Source: a virus (Duplodnaviria > Caudoviricetes). Taken from it: a stretch of 39,187 bases of DNA. A program made the translations under genes and the position numbers. The stretch spans positions 1 to 39,187 of the IMG/VR virus record IMGVR_UViG_3300017649_000010. One strand, given 5' to 3'. This document shows, piece by piece, positions 25,212-34,396 of this stretch (the stretch's first letter is position 1; every line of letters begins with the position of its first letter). A model generated the notes under the pieces. That model was not told the origin of the DNA and searched no databases. It saw only the letters and a list, made by a program, of their open reading frames with translations.

Positions 25212-27365
25212 GTGGCTTCATGGTTGGAACGGTTTCTCGATGAGGAGAGGCCGAGGAAAGGATCGCGCAGCGCGCCGCCTGTAGCGGCCGACCGCACTGC
25301 GACACGCAAGCCCACCGTCGTTCGACGCCCGCTCCCCGGCACGCTCGACGCGAGTGCGGCACTCTTCAATGCCCTAGTCAACAACCCGGAGCGGGCGCGC
25401 CAGCTCCCGAGCGTGGAGGTCGGCCCGGTGCAGCCGGTCGGCCTCCCGCGCGATGCGGCAGTCGAAGCCGCCGCCGTCAGCAACCGGGCGCGCGCCGGTC
25501 TGCTGCAGGAAGCGCTGAACAAGGGCGACACGGCCTTCGCGTCCGACGTCGTCCAGCGCCGCCGCGACATGCTCGACTCCACGCGCCGCGAGGCGGTGAA
25601 GTCGCTCGCGCTCAATGCGGCGGGGCTCCTGCCGATCACTGGCGAAGCGCTCGGTCTCCAGCAGGCGCGCGAGCTGCGGCAGGAAGGGCACCCGTTCCTC
25701 GCCGGTCTGGTGGGCGCGACGAGCGTGCTGCCGATGGGCGGCGCCGGTGCGCGCAACATCGCGAAGATCGCCGAGCGCATCCCGCAGGCGGGCGAGCGCT
25801 TCGCCGTCCTCACCGCCGGGAATATCCTCGGCAAGCAGCTCACTGCTGCAGAGAACGCGGCCCGCAATAGCTGGCTGGAGAAAGACCTGATTGCCGAGGG
25901 CCTGCCGTTCGTCAGGGCGAAGGGGCGCTACACCGACGACCGCACCGGCAAGCTGCTCACCGAGGACTCGTTCTTCGTCCCCGGCCTGAGCGCGCGCCGC
26001 GCTGAGGAGCTGGGCCGGAAGTACCAGCAGAACAGCGTGGTCACCGAGCAGGGCCTACACGATCTCGCGTCGGGCAAGGTGATCCCCGCGACGGGTGTCG
26101 GCCCCACAACGGAGGCCCCCTACACAGAGCTGCCGGGCGGGCAGCGCTTCGCTCTGCAGGGGCTCGATTGGGAGCGCCGTGTCGATCCGGTGTACGACGA
26201 TGCGGTGGAGGCCATAGCGCCCTCGCCGAGCAGCTTCCCCGCCCCGGCCTACCTGCAGGGCGGGCAGCCTGACGTGATGCGCCCGGCGCAGCAGGCGCTG
26301 GCCGTCACGCCCGAGCGCGCCGCACAGCGCGCCGCGCACGCGGTCTCGCTGCTCACCAGCGCCTCGGTGCCGCCGGTGGCCAACAACGAGCGCTCGGTGC
26401 TCTTCAACCGCAGGTTGATCGAGCCGTATTCCGGGCCGAACCGCGAGGCGCTGCCTGAGCGCCAGCCGTTCGGGCCGAAGTCGGCGGCTGGAGCTCTCGT
26501 GGGGCTCGACAGCCCCGTCAACACGCTGCCGACGCTCGCCGGGTTGGAGCGCGGGCGCCGGATGCCGATCCACTTCTACCCGTCGTACGCCGCCGTCGAT
26601 GACGCCATCCGCCAGTTCGGCGGCAACGCGGAGCTCTTCCGACAGGCCACTAGCGCGGGCGCTATCCGCACGCCGCCGGTGATGGAGATCGCCAACGGGA
26701 GCCTGCTCTATTGGGCGCTGAACAACAACATTATCACGCCCGAAGAGCTGGAGTCAGCCGCGTCGCTCGCGGTCGGTAAGGACCGGCAGGCGAAGTTCGG
26801 CGAGCTGCGCGAGCGGGTCGCCAACGCCTTCGAGAAGGAGTTCGCCGGGCGCTATCCGCGCGTGGCCGCGCACCCGCTCCTGCCTGCGCACCTGCAGGCG
26901 CTGGACGCGCTGCGCCGTGGGCTCCCGCCCGAGTCGTACAAGATTCACCAGTACGACGTCGCGAAGGCGACCGGCGGCAAGGCGCCCGGCTTCGTGCTCG
27001 ACACGCACGCCGCACGCGGCACGACGGTTGGACTGCCCGCGCACGAGTTCTTCGCGCAGCAGGGCGGCTTCGACTCCAAGGGTGAATACGGCACGGTCGA
27101 GCGCCACCTGCGCGGGCTCGCTCACTCGCTCGGTATGGCCGACAACGAGCTGCAGGAAATACTGTGGCGCGGCGCAGGCCCGCTCACCGGGCTCCGCACC
27201 GCGCCAGCCGAAGACTACGCGCAGATTTTCGAGAACCTCCTCGACTTCAACGCGAGAGTGCGCAACACGACGCCGCAGTCACTCCTTCGTGATGTCGCGA
27301 AGGGTAAGACGCCGCTCTTCCCCAACCCGGCGGCTGCGGTGCCGGGGAAGCGACCGTACTACTAA
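25212..27365 (+). CDS. Multidomain protein: DUF3293-like domain plus C-terminal DNA-glycosylase-fold-like domain
   Basis: 'FAVLTAGN...LTAAENAARN..L...GRY...EDSFFVPGLS...ELGRKYQQNSVV' (DUF3293-like); 'K...FVLDTH...EY...LA..LGM...LQEILW'. Confidence 0.6.
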   Translation: MASWLERFLDEERPRKGSRSAPPVAADRTATRKPTVVRRPLPGTLDASAALFNALVNNPERARQLPSVEVGPVQPVGLPRDAAVEAAAVSNRARAGLLQEALNKGDTAFASDVVQRRRDMLDSTRREAVKSLALNAAGLLPITGEALGLQQARELRQEGHPFLAGLVGATSVLPMGGAGARNIAKIAERIPQAGERFAVLTAGNILGKQLTAAENAARNSWLEKDLIAEGLPFVRAKGRYTDDRTGKLLTEDSFFVPGLSARRAEELGRKYQQNSVVTEQGLHDLASGKVIPATGVGPTTEAPYTELPGGQRFALQGLDWERRVDPVYDDAVEAIAPSPSSFPAPAYLQGGQPDVMRPAQQALAVTPERAAQRAAHAVSLLTSASVPPVANNERSVLFNRRLIEPYSGPNREALPERQPFGPKSAAGALVGLDSPVNTLPTLAGLERGRRMPIHFYPSYAAVDDAIRQFGGNAELFRQATSAGAIRTPPVMEIANGSLLYWALNNNIITPEELESAASLAVGKDRQAKFGELRERVANAFEKEFAGRYPRVAAHPLLPAHLQALDALRRGLPPESYKIHQYDVAKATGGKAPGFVLDTHAARGTTVGLPAHEFFAQQGGFDSKGEYGTVERHLRGLAHSLGMADNELQEILWRGAGPLTGLRTAPAEDYAQIFENLLDFNARVRNTTPQSLLRDVAKGKTPLFPNPAAAVPGKRPYY

Positions 27366-27574
27366 CAGTCCTCGGTCATCTTCTCCCACACCTTACGGGC
27401 TCGGTGGAGAACCTCTAGGGGTATCTCCACCGAGCCCTCCTCGTAATCGCGATACTGCGCGACCGGGATACCGATCCGTCGGGCGAATCCTCGACTACTG
27501 AGCCCTAGCTGGAGCCGGTAGTAGTACAGCATCGAGTTTTCGCCGTATTCGTTCATGGTGTCGTTGACCCTCAC
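27362..27574 (-). CDS. Small Cro/Xre-like HTH protein
   Basis: 'RLQLGLSSRGFARRIGIPVAQYRDYEEGSVEIP'. Confidence 0.7.
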   Translation of the reverse strand: MRVNDTMNEYGENSMLYYYRLQLGLSSRGFARRIGIPVAQYRDYEEGSVEIPLEVLHRARKVWEKMTEDC

Positions 27575-27807
27575 AGTTTGAGCAGATTGCGCGAGACGCG
27601 CTTCGCCGCGCGTGGTCGAGGCGGCGCCGTTCCTGCTACAGTGCTCGCGGCCTGCACCAGCAGGGAGCCGTACGACACCGGCCCGTACTCGGTGCGGCGC
27701 CCCTTCGGCCGTATGAATATTCCCGCCTGCGACAGAGTCAAGACGAGCTCCTCCCCGTCGCGTGTGGTGACCACGCGGGCCACCGGCTTAGTGAGTCGAG
27801 TTGCCAT
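27571..27807 (-). CDS. Hypothetical basic protein
   Basis: Start MATRLTKPV at 27807 with AGGAGG RBS. Confidence 0.7.
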   Translation of the reverse strand: MATRLTKPVARVVTTRDGEELVLTLSQAGIFIRPKGRRTEYGPVSYGSLLVQAASTVAGTAPPRPRAAKRVSRNLLKL

Positions 27808-27818
27808 CAGATACCTCC

Positions 27819-28082
27819 TCAGAGGATGCCTTCTTCGCGCAGGAACACGAACGACCCCCACATGGCGATGAGCCCCACGAGAACCGCCGTGATCCCCAGA
27901 ATCACTGTCATCACTCCCGGCAGCAGCGCCGCCAAGATCGCCAGCACAATCGCCGTGATCGCGCACTCCCGCACACCGGAGAAGAAGAACGCGCCGATGA
28001 AGAGTATGGCGGCGTAGATCAGCACGAACAGCAGGGCAATTACCACCAGCACCGCCAGCGCGATTGACTGCGCCCCCGTCAT
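27819..28082 (-). CDS. Small multi-TM membrane protein
   Basis: Almost entirely hydrophobic, 87 aa; overlaps the upstream stop. Confidence 0.65.
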   Translation of the reverse strand: MTGAQSIALAVLVVIALLFVLIYAAILFIGAFFFSGVRECAITAIVLAILAALLPGVMTVILGITAVLVGLIAMWGSFVFLREEGIL

Positions 28083-28396
28083 GCCACTTCCTCCAGCGCC
28101 TGCTGCGCGTCGACCAGTGCGATTGCGTACGTCTTATCGGTGCGCGGGTCCGCCGGGATCAGCCCGTAGAACATTGCCCAACCGCGCTCGGTGAGACGGT
28201 AATACTTCTCGCTTCCCCGCACCGGCACGATGACGCCGTCGTGGATCGCCTTGAACACGTTCTGCACCCGCTCGTACGAGACCGCCGGGGTGGTCATATA
28301 GTGACCGACGTCGATGACCCCATCGAAGCCGACTGACGTGAGCAGGTGGGCGATCCCTGTCAGCGCGGGGGTCTTGGATGTCTTCGGGTTCTGCAT
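28079..28396 (-). CDS. Hypothetical protein, possible winged helix
   Basis: AAGGAGG RBS; 'YYRLTERG' wing-like motif. Confidence 0.6.
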   Translation of the reverse strand: MQNPKTSKTPALTGIAHLLTSVGFDGVIDVGHYMTTPAVSYERVQNVFKAIHDGVIVPVRGSEKYYRLTERGWAMFYGLIPADPRTDKTYAIALVDAQQALEEVA

Positions 28397-28426
28397 TTCA
28401 AGCCTCCTTGGCTGGGGTGGAAGGGT

Positions 28427-28450
28427 GGGGGTGACGCCTTGGTCACCCCC
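28427..28450. terminator. 9-bp hairpin between DUF932 and the next gene
   Basis: GGGGGTGAC/GTCACCCCC. Confidence 0.4.
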
Positions 28451-28461
28451 TCGTGTGTGAA

Positions 28462-29202
28462 TCAGAGCGCCTGCCCGGTGACCGAGCTCGCCAGCCCGTC
28501 AGCGAGCGCGTGAAGTCTCACGGTGCGGCTTGGGAGCTGAGTCGGGGCGTCACGCAGGACGTGCGTGTAGGTGTTGAAGAGCGACCAGACGGTGCGCTCC
28601 TTGAAGGGCGCGAACGTCGGCTGGTGCCACTCGGCGATAAGCTGCTTGAGCTTCGTCGGCGGCAGCACTTCCTCGTTGACCGTGCGGATCATAAAGTCGT
28701 GCGCCTGTACGTCGGTGATCTCGGCGAGGCGGTAGGTCTCGATCCGCTTCTCCTGCGTGCCGCGATGGATGATGAGCCGCCCCACCACCGCGTCGACCCG
28801 GTGCGGCAGGGCGCGCAGGATGTGCGTCGTGTGCTTCCGCGCGAAGCGAATCTCACCGGAGAAGGCGAGGTTGTCGCAGACGAAGACGCGCGAGCCGAGC
28901 AGCCCCGCCGCCGGGAAGCGTTTGTCGTGCGAGTTGCGCAGCCCGAGCTGCAGCGCGAAGTCGCCGTGGATGCCGTCGAGCCCCGCGAGCTCCAGCACGC
29001 CGAAGAGGCGCGCGCCGCCACCCCAGAGGCCGTACTGCTCTTGCTTCACGACGATCCCGCGACGCTGCAGCGCCGCCTTGGCCTGCTCGATCACGGTGAT
29101 GTGGGGGATCGGCTGATACGTATCAGTGGCGTCGGGGGTGGGCACCGCGCGAATCTCGTCGAGGGTGGCGCCGTTGGCGCCGGTGTGAAGAATGAGAGTC
29201 AT
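28462..29202 (-). CDS. DUF932-family protein
   Basis: 'TDTYQPIPH', 'GLRNSHDK', 'RVFVCDNLAF', 'RKHT' and 'TVWSLFNTYT' motifs; GGAGG RBS. Confidence 0.85.
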   Translation of the reverse strand: MTLILHTGANGATLDEIRAVPTPDATDTYQPIPHITVIEQAKAALQRRGIVVKQEQYGLWGGGARLFGVLELAGLDGIHGDFALQLGLRNSHDKRFPAAGLLGSRVFVCDNLAFSGEIRFARKHTTHILRALPHRVDAVVGRLIIHRGTQEKRIETYRLAEITDVQAHDFMIRTVNEEVLPPTKLKQLIAEWHQPTFAPFKERTVWSLFNTYTHVLRDAPTQLPSRTVRLHALADGLASSVTGQAL

Positions 29203-29262
29203 CGTAGCCTCCGGGTCTGGGTTTGCAGGGCGCGGGACCGAGTGCCCCGCGCGACTGCACCC

Positions 29263-29291
29263 AATATGGGAGGGATTGACATAAATGTCAA
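29263..29291 (-). promoter_or_regulatory. Sigma70 promoter with overlapping operator
   Basis: TTGACA-17-CATATT; palindrome TTGACA-taaa-TGTCAA (29276-29291); hairpin at 29230-29252. Confidence 0.75.
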
Positions 29292-29306
29292 CCCCCTGCC
29301 CTGCAG

Positions 29307-29867
29307 CTACTCGCTCAGCGGATGGAACCGCTTGAGCACCCCCTGCTCGATCAGGGAGCTCTCTAGGACGTGGGTGGAGCTGTGACCGTGGACGATCGCG
29401 TCCCACTCCTCCAGCGGCCACTCGTCGAGCTCCGTCTCGCTGGCGTGCAGCGACTGATGCATGTTCTCCAGCCCGCCGCCGACGATGCGTATCAGCTTCC
29501 CGCCGTGGTTGCGCACCCACTCGGCCTCATTCCAGTAGCGGACGTCGGGGAGGTACACCTTGTCGAAGCGGTACTCGTCACGCAGGATGTAGAGCCACTC
29601 GTCGGCCTGCCTGATCCAGTAGTCTTCGCCGTAGACCTGCCGGCCCTCCTCGTCACCGCCCGCCTGCATGATGCCGCGCACGCGGTCGTCCTTCGGCTTC
29701 ACGAACGCCTCCTCGTGCGTCAGCCTGCGCCGGCCGACGAGGCCGATCTTCATCGGCCACGCGATCGAGTAAGGCACGAAGCCGCGAGGGCGCAGTATGC
29801 TGCGCCCCAGCGTGTCCTTCCCTGCCGTTGCCTTCCCGCTGATACCGATCAGCTCGATCCCCTTCAC
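29307..29867 (-). CDS. Deoxynucleoside monophosphate kinase
   Basis: 'IGISGKATAGKDT', 'PDVRYWNEAEWV..HGG.LIRI' and 'HASE' motifs. Confidence 0.85.
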   Translation of the reverse strand: MKGIELIGISGKATAGKDTLGRSILRPRGFVPYSIAWPMKIGLVGRRRLTHEEAFVKPKDDRVRGIMQAGGDEEGRQVYGEDYWIRQADEWLYILRDEYRFDKVYLPDVRYWNEAEWVRNHGGKLIRIVGGGLENMHQSLHASETELDEWPLEEWDAIVHGHSSTHVLESSLIEQGVLKRFHPLSE

Positions 29868-32254
29868 AGCAAGTCACTCAGTCGCGCGTCTTCACGGACG
29901 CGCAGTCCACGGAACCCGCGACGTCGTGTCTCGGGCTCGATCCACTTCTCGAAGCGCCGCGCCGCGAGCGCCGACGATAGCCGACGCGCGTTGCCGACGT
30001 ACTCGCCGCGCAGATTCGCCCACTCGCTCCACGCGGTGAAGAGCGCCTGCAGCGTCGCCGTGGCGCGCGGATCAGTCTCGCACATCTCTTCGATCCAGAG
30101 ACCGATTGCGTCCTCTTCCTCGAAGTATTCCTCACTCGCTGCACGCACCGCAGGCGGCGGGTTGAGTCCCTCGCGCTGCCACGCAAGGCAGCCCTCGACC
30201 ATCCACGCGAGGATGGCTGGCCACTCGCGCTGCAGTTTCTCGCCGAGGTCGCGGTCCACCTGCGACGGCTTCACAACGAACGGCACAAGGTGTATGCGCC
30301 GCCGCATTGCGTCGTCGAGGTTGCTGATCCCCGGCTTGTGATTGCCGATGAAGATCAGCTTGAACGTCGGCATGAAGGTGAAGTTGTCCTGCCGCATGAA
30401 GCGCGCAGTCACGCGCTCACCGCCACTCAGGGTCTTCACTCGTGCCTCGTCCCAGCGCTTCCCCTCTTCCGTCTCGCTCGCGCTCACCAGACGCGCGCCT
30501 ACGAGCATCGCGAGATCGGTCGTGTGCTTGTCGCCCTTCGACGCCGTGAAGGTGTCCATGCTCGCCGTCGTGGCGTAGTCGCCGAGGATGCCGACCAGCA
30601 CGTTCAGGAAGACGCTCTTCCCGTTGCCGCCCGGCCCCCACACGAATGTGAATTGCTGCTCACGCGTCGAGCCGGTGAGGCAGTAGCCAGCGAGCCGCTG
30701 CAGGTAGCGCTGCAGCTCCTTGTCACCGGCCGTAGCTTCGTCGAGGAAGCGATGCCACAGCGGGCACGCACCGCCGAACTGCGGGCGCACGGACGTCGAA
30801 CGCGTCGCCAGTGCATCGGGGTTCGGCGGCAGCAGCTTGCCGGTCTTTAGGTCCACCAGCCCGCCGGGCGTGTTGAGCACCCACTGGTCGGCGTCGAGTG
30901 ATGCGACGCTCACCGCAATCGCGCGGTCGCTGCGCACGAGCGACGTCACGGCGGTCACCTTCCCGGCGCTGCATATCCGATCCGCGAGCTGCTCGTTACG
31001 GCGCCGCTCTGCCGCCGTGGCGCCCTGCCGCAGCACGCGGTCGGCGATCTCCCGCAGCTCGCGCTTCACCACGTCTTCCGCGAGCAGCTCGGTGTCGATC
31101 TCCCAGCGCGCGCCGTCCCACACGATGTTCTTACCCGTCTCGGGCACGTAGCGGAGCCGCCCGCGACACGCCTCGACGACACAGTCGGCGAGCCACTGGT
31201 CGCTGTAGAGCGGCGCCTCCGTGCGCTCGGGCAGGCGGGCCTCTTCCAGCGGCTCAAATTCGTCCGCTGCGGCAGCGTAGCCGAAGAGCTTCGCCTGCTC
31301 GGCGAGATACGTGAAGCCGACGCTGTACGGCCCACGCATGCGGCGCCAATCGGCGATTACGGTGTCCGGGTCGTTGCCGTCGGGGAAGCGGTCGTTGCCC
31401 TCCCAGCGCGAGGCCCACTCCAGAAAGAGCTCCAGCCCTTCCTCGATGTAGTCACCGCACGCCGCACGTATCGCGTAACCGACGCGCAAGTAGTCGGTGC
31501 GGCTCGGGAAGAGCTCGTTGCGGTTCGGCAGCGCGGCCATCACTTCGCGCAGCGCATCGAGGCTTGGCGCGCGGAGGCCGTCCTGATCCACCGCGCCGTG
31601 CTCGGTGAAGGCCCCGCTACCCTCGCGCTCGCAGAAGATGCCGAGCGAGCCAAGGTGCGCCTCGACCGCCTCGAAGAAGCGCTCCACCTTCTCGCGGTCT
31701 ATAGTCACGAGATCACTCGGCGCGAGCGTGGTGAGATCGGTGCTCCACTGGTAGCGCACGCCGGTCGGGTGCGTGCCGTGGATGACGTACTGCTGTCCGA
31801 CGCCGAGCACTTCGATCAGATGCACTTCCTCCGCGCTGCGCTTGAGCCAGAGGCGCATGCGGCCGAAGGGCTCGTCGGTGCGATAGACGAGGAGCTGCTT
31901 CGGCGCGCGTCCGGTGCGCACAGGCGCCCCGCCGAGCGCCGAGAGCGCGATGCCGCGCACGATCTGCGCGAGCCCCGGATCGGTCACGTCGATGTCGACA
32001 GCGGGATACTTGTCGGCGCGCAGTCCCACGTTGGCGCCCCACTGCTCCCACACTTCGATGCTCTCGGCGGTCTCCTGATAGTTGCGCCAATCGTAGCCGC
32101 CCCACAGGCCGCTATCGTAGCGCACGCCGGGCACCTTCCCCACCTGCGCGAGCTGAATCGTCGACGACGGCGCCAGCTTCGCGCCGGGCGGGATCACACT
32201 CACGAAACCCCGGAAGCCGTTGTCCCACAGCTTGCGGGGGATGAAGTCATTCAT
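29864..32254 (-). CDS. Primase-polymerase / P4-family (D5) SF3 helicase fusion
   Basis: N-terminal prim-pol motifs ('ANVGL', 'AVDID', 'GTHP'); PriCT-like middle; Walker A 'GPGGNGKS'; 'ARFMRQDNFTF'; ATG 32254 overlaps the PolA stop. Confidence 0.92.
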   Translation of the reverse strand: MNDFIPRKLWDNGFRGFVSVIPPGAKLAPSSTIQLAQVGKVPGVRYDSGLWGGYDWRNYQETAESIEVWEQWGANVGLRADKYPAVDIDVTDPGLAQIVRGIALSALGGAPVRTGRAPKQLLVYRTDEPFGRMRLWLKRSAEEVHLIEVLGVGQQYVIHGTHPTGVRYQWSTDLTTLAPSDLVTIDREKVERFFEAVEAHLGSLGIFCEREGSGAFTEHGAVDQDGLRAPSLDALREVMAALPNRNELFPSRTDYLRVGYAIRAACGDYIEEGLELFLEWASRWEGNDRFPDGNDPDTVIADWRRMRGPYSVGFTYLAEQAKLFGYAAAADEFEPLEEARLPERTEAPLYSDQWLADCVVEACRGRLRYVPETGKNIVWDGARWEIDTELLAEDVVKRELREIADRVLRQGATAAERRRNEQLADRICSAGKVTAVTSLVRSDRAIAVSVASLDADQWVLNTPGGLVDLKTGKLLPPNPDALATRSTSVRPQFGGACPLWHRFLDEATAGDKELQRYLQRLAGYCLTGSTREQQFTFVWGPGGNGKSVFLNVLVGILGDYATTASMDTFTASKGDKHTTDLAMLVGARLVSASETEEGKRWDEARVKTLSGGERVTARFMRQDNFTFMPTFKLIFIGNHKPGISNLDDAMRRRIHLVPFVVKPSQVDRDLGEKLQREWPAILAWMVEGCLAWQREGLNPPPAVRAASEEYFEEEDAIGLWIEEMCETDPRATATLQALFTAWSEWANLRGEYVGNARRLSSALAARRFEKWIEPETRRRGFRGLRVREDARLSDLL

Positions 32255-34287
32255 CACTTGCGATACCGTTCGCCCCGCCACGTCTCCGCAGCAATGGGGC
32301 AGCCGCTGGCCCACTCGGGTGTTGCTTCGAGCAGCGCCTTGAACTCTTCCTCGCTTCCAAAACCTTTCGGTACTTCGCTGACGTTCTCGTCGTGGACCGA
32401 AAGCACGACGCGATAGCCCGCCGCCTCGGCGCGCTCCATTGCTGCCGCGAGCAGGTCGCGCGAGGCGCCCTGCACGATGTTCTCGACGATGAGCCCACCG
32501 TAGAGGCGCTGCCGCTCCCACTTCCGCGTGTAGCTATTGACGCCGCTCACTTCGACCGAGGGACGCAGCTCGCCCCACGGTGTCGGCGCCTCGACGATGC
32601 GCGGAACGGGGTACGCGATTGGGCGCCCGCTCGGCAGGATTATGAACAGGAAGCCACCGCGCACGACGGCGATGAGATTCATGCGACCGCCGAACCTGAC
32701 CGGCGGACCCGGTCGCGCCACGGCGCGGATTACGGCGTTGTTGGCGTCCCACCAGAACTGCTGCACCTTCGGGTGCGTGGCGCGATACGTGTCGACGGCG
32801 TTCATTGCTTCCGCCTCGTTCACGCGCACCTGATAGACCTGCCATGCCGCCTTGATGAACTTCTTCCAGCCCATACCGTAGCCGCAGCCCAACTCGGCGG
32901 CTTTACCCGCCTGACGGTCGTAGGGCATGACGTCGATGGTGCGCAGGGCGCGGCCCATACGCACGGCCATGATCTTGTACGGGTCTTTCGACTTGTCGCC
33001 CGCGTCGTACGCGCGGAAGGCGTCGAGCACGTCCTCCTGCCCGGCGAGCCAGTTGAGCATGCGCGCCTCAACCGCACTAAAGTCACCGGCGATGAGATCA
33101 CTGCCCGGTGCTGCAGTGAGCATGGCGCGCAGCAGGCTCGACACCACCACAATCGGGTGCTCGCCCATTGCCTCGATGCCGTCGTAGTCACCGGCCATAA
33201 CGAGCGGGATGAAGCGCTCGACGTCCTTCACTTCGCCGCGCGGGAAGTTTTGCGGCTGCACCAGCTTCCCCGACCACCGTCCCGTACCGGCACCGTGGTA
33301 GAGAAGCAGCCCACGCAGCCTGTCGCCGCGCGAGACGACGTCGAGCATCGACACCAGCTTCGCGACGCTGGAGCGCCCGGCGTTCGCCTTGATGTTCAGC
33401 GCACGACGTACGTCAGCGTCCAAGTCGGGATCACTGAGTAGCTCGGCGACGTGCGCCTTATCCACGCTGGGCGTGTCGACGCCGCGCAGACGGAGCCAGT
33501 TGCGCAGGTCCGCGTGGTTCGTGACGCTGGCGACGTTGCCTGCAGTGATGCGCGCGAGCTCGTCTTCGGCGCGCTCGACGCCGATGTCGACGATCCGCCG
33601 CGCCGCACGTACGAGCGGCACGTCGAGCTGGATGCCTCTGTCGTTGATCCGCTGATCGAGCCAGTAGATGCGCTGCTCGTGTGGCGTGAGGCGGCGCAGC
33701 TTCGCCGCTATCGCCATCTCGGTGCGCACGTCCTGCTTGCAGTATTCGTAGAGTTGCTGGAGCTTCTCGGGCTCGTCCCACCAGACAGGCGTGCCGTCTT
33801 CCGCGTAGGAGCGCGGGCGCGACATGCGCCGCATGAGGTTGTGGCCCTTCGTGTCCTTCTTGTGCGCGCTGTTCACTACGCGCGCCGCGTCTTCGAGTGC
33901 GCGCGGAAGCGAAAGCGCCGCCGCCTCGGCAGCGGTGTCCACCCACTGCTCCAGCTTCACCGGCGGCGCGCCGTAGCGCTTCACCATGATCTCGTTCCAG
34001 ATCACGCGCTCGAATTGCGCGTTCCACGCGCGAATCTCGCCGCCGCTGAGAATGTGCTCGACGATGCGTTCTCTCAGCCCGGCGTCGCCGTGTCCCTCAC
34101 AGTTTGGGTCGGAGCAGCCGTAATTTTCCTCGACGTGAGGCGTCCACAGCTCCGGTTCCTCGCCCTCAAACGCCCACGCCATGCACCAGATGTCAGTGCT
34201 CGCGCTCTGAGCGTAGGGGTAGACGCCGCACTTGGTGAGGTCGACTTCCGAGCGAGTCTCAAAGTCAATGCTGAGCGCACTGCTCAC
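32254..34287 (-). CDS. Phage family A DNA polymerase with 3'-5' exonuclease
   Basis: 'IDFETRS'; motif A 'GDFSAVEAR'; motif B 'RQAGKAAELGCGYG'; motif C 'SVHDE'; probable GTG start at 34287. Confidence 0.93.
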   Translation of the reverse strand: MSSALSIDFETRSEVDLTKCGVYPYAQSASTDIWCMAWAFEGEEPELWTPHVEENYGCSDPNCEGHGDAGLRERIVEHILSGGEIRAWNAQFERVIWNEIMVKRYGAPPVKLEQWVDTAAEAAALSLPRALEDAARVVNSAHKKDTKGHNLMRRMSRPRSYAEDGTPVWWDEPEKLQQLYEYCKQDVRTEMAIAAKLRRLTPHEQRIYWLDQRINDRGIQLDVPLVRAARRIVDIGVERAEDELARITAGNVASVTNHADLRNWLRLRGVDTPSVDKAHVAELLSDPDLDADVRRALNIKANAGRSSVAKLVSMLDVVSRGDRLRGLLLYHGAGTGRWSGKLVQPQNFPRGEVKDVERFIPLVMAGDYDGIEAMGEHPIVVVSSLLRAMLTAAPGSDLIAGDFSAVEARMLNWLAGQEDVLDAFRAYDAGDKSKDPYKIMAVRMGRALRTIDVMPYDRQAGKAAELGCGYGMGWKKFIKAAWQVYQVRVNEAEAMNAVDTYRATHPKVQQFWWDANNAVIRAVARPGPPVRFGGRMNLIAVVRGGFLFIILPSGRPIAYPVPRIVEAPTPWGELRPSVEVSGVNSYTRKWERQRLYGGLIVENIVQGASRDLLAAAMERAEAAGYRVVLSVHDENVSEVPKGFGSEEEFKALLEATPEWASGCPIAAETWRGERYRK

Positions 34288-34319
34288 TTCCTGTCGGTCT
34301 CGTTGTACTGCCTGAGACA

Positions 34320-34354
34320 TTCGCTGCGGCAGCGAGATTCACTGCCGCAGCGAA
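34320..34354. repeat. 13-bp inverted repeat between SSB and polymerase
   Basis: TTCGCTGCGGCAG / CTGCCGCAGCGAA. Confidence 0.75.
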
Positions 34355-34396
34355 CATTCACACTTCTGTGAAACCGCCGATTGTGTGTGAAACGGC

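Noticed and set aside
28453-34371. Plus-strand ORFs over the replication module, and extended 5' ends of the DUF932 and primase ORFs
   Set aside because: Antisense shadows; the extensions overlap upstream genes or promoters, while internal starts have an RBS or stop-start coupling.
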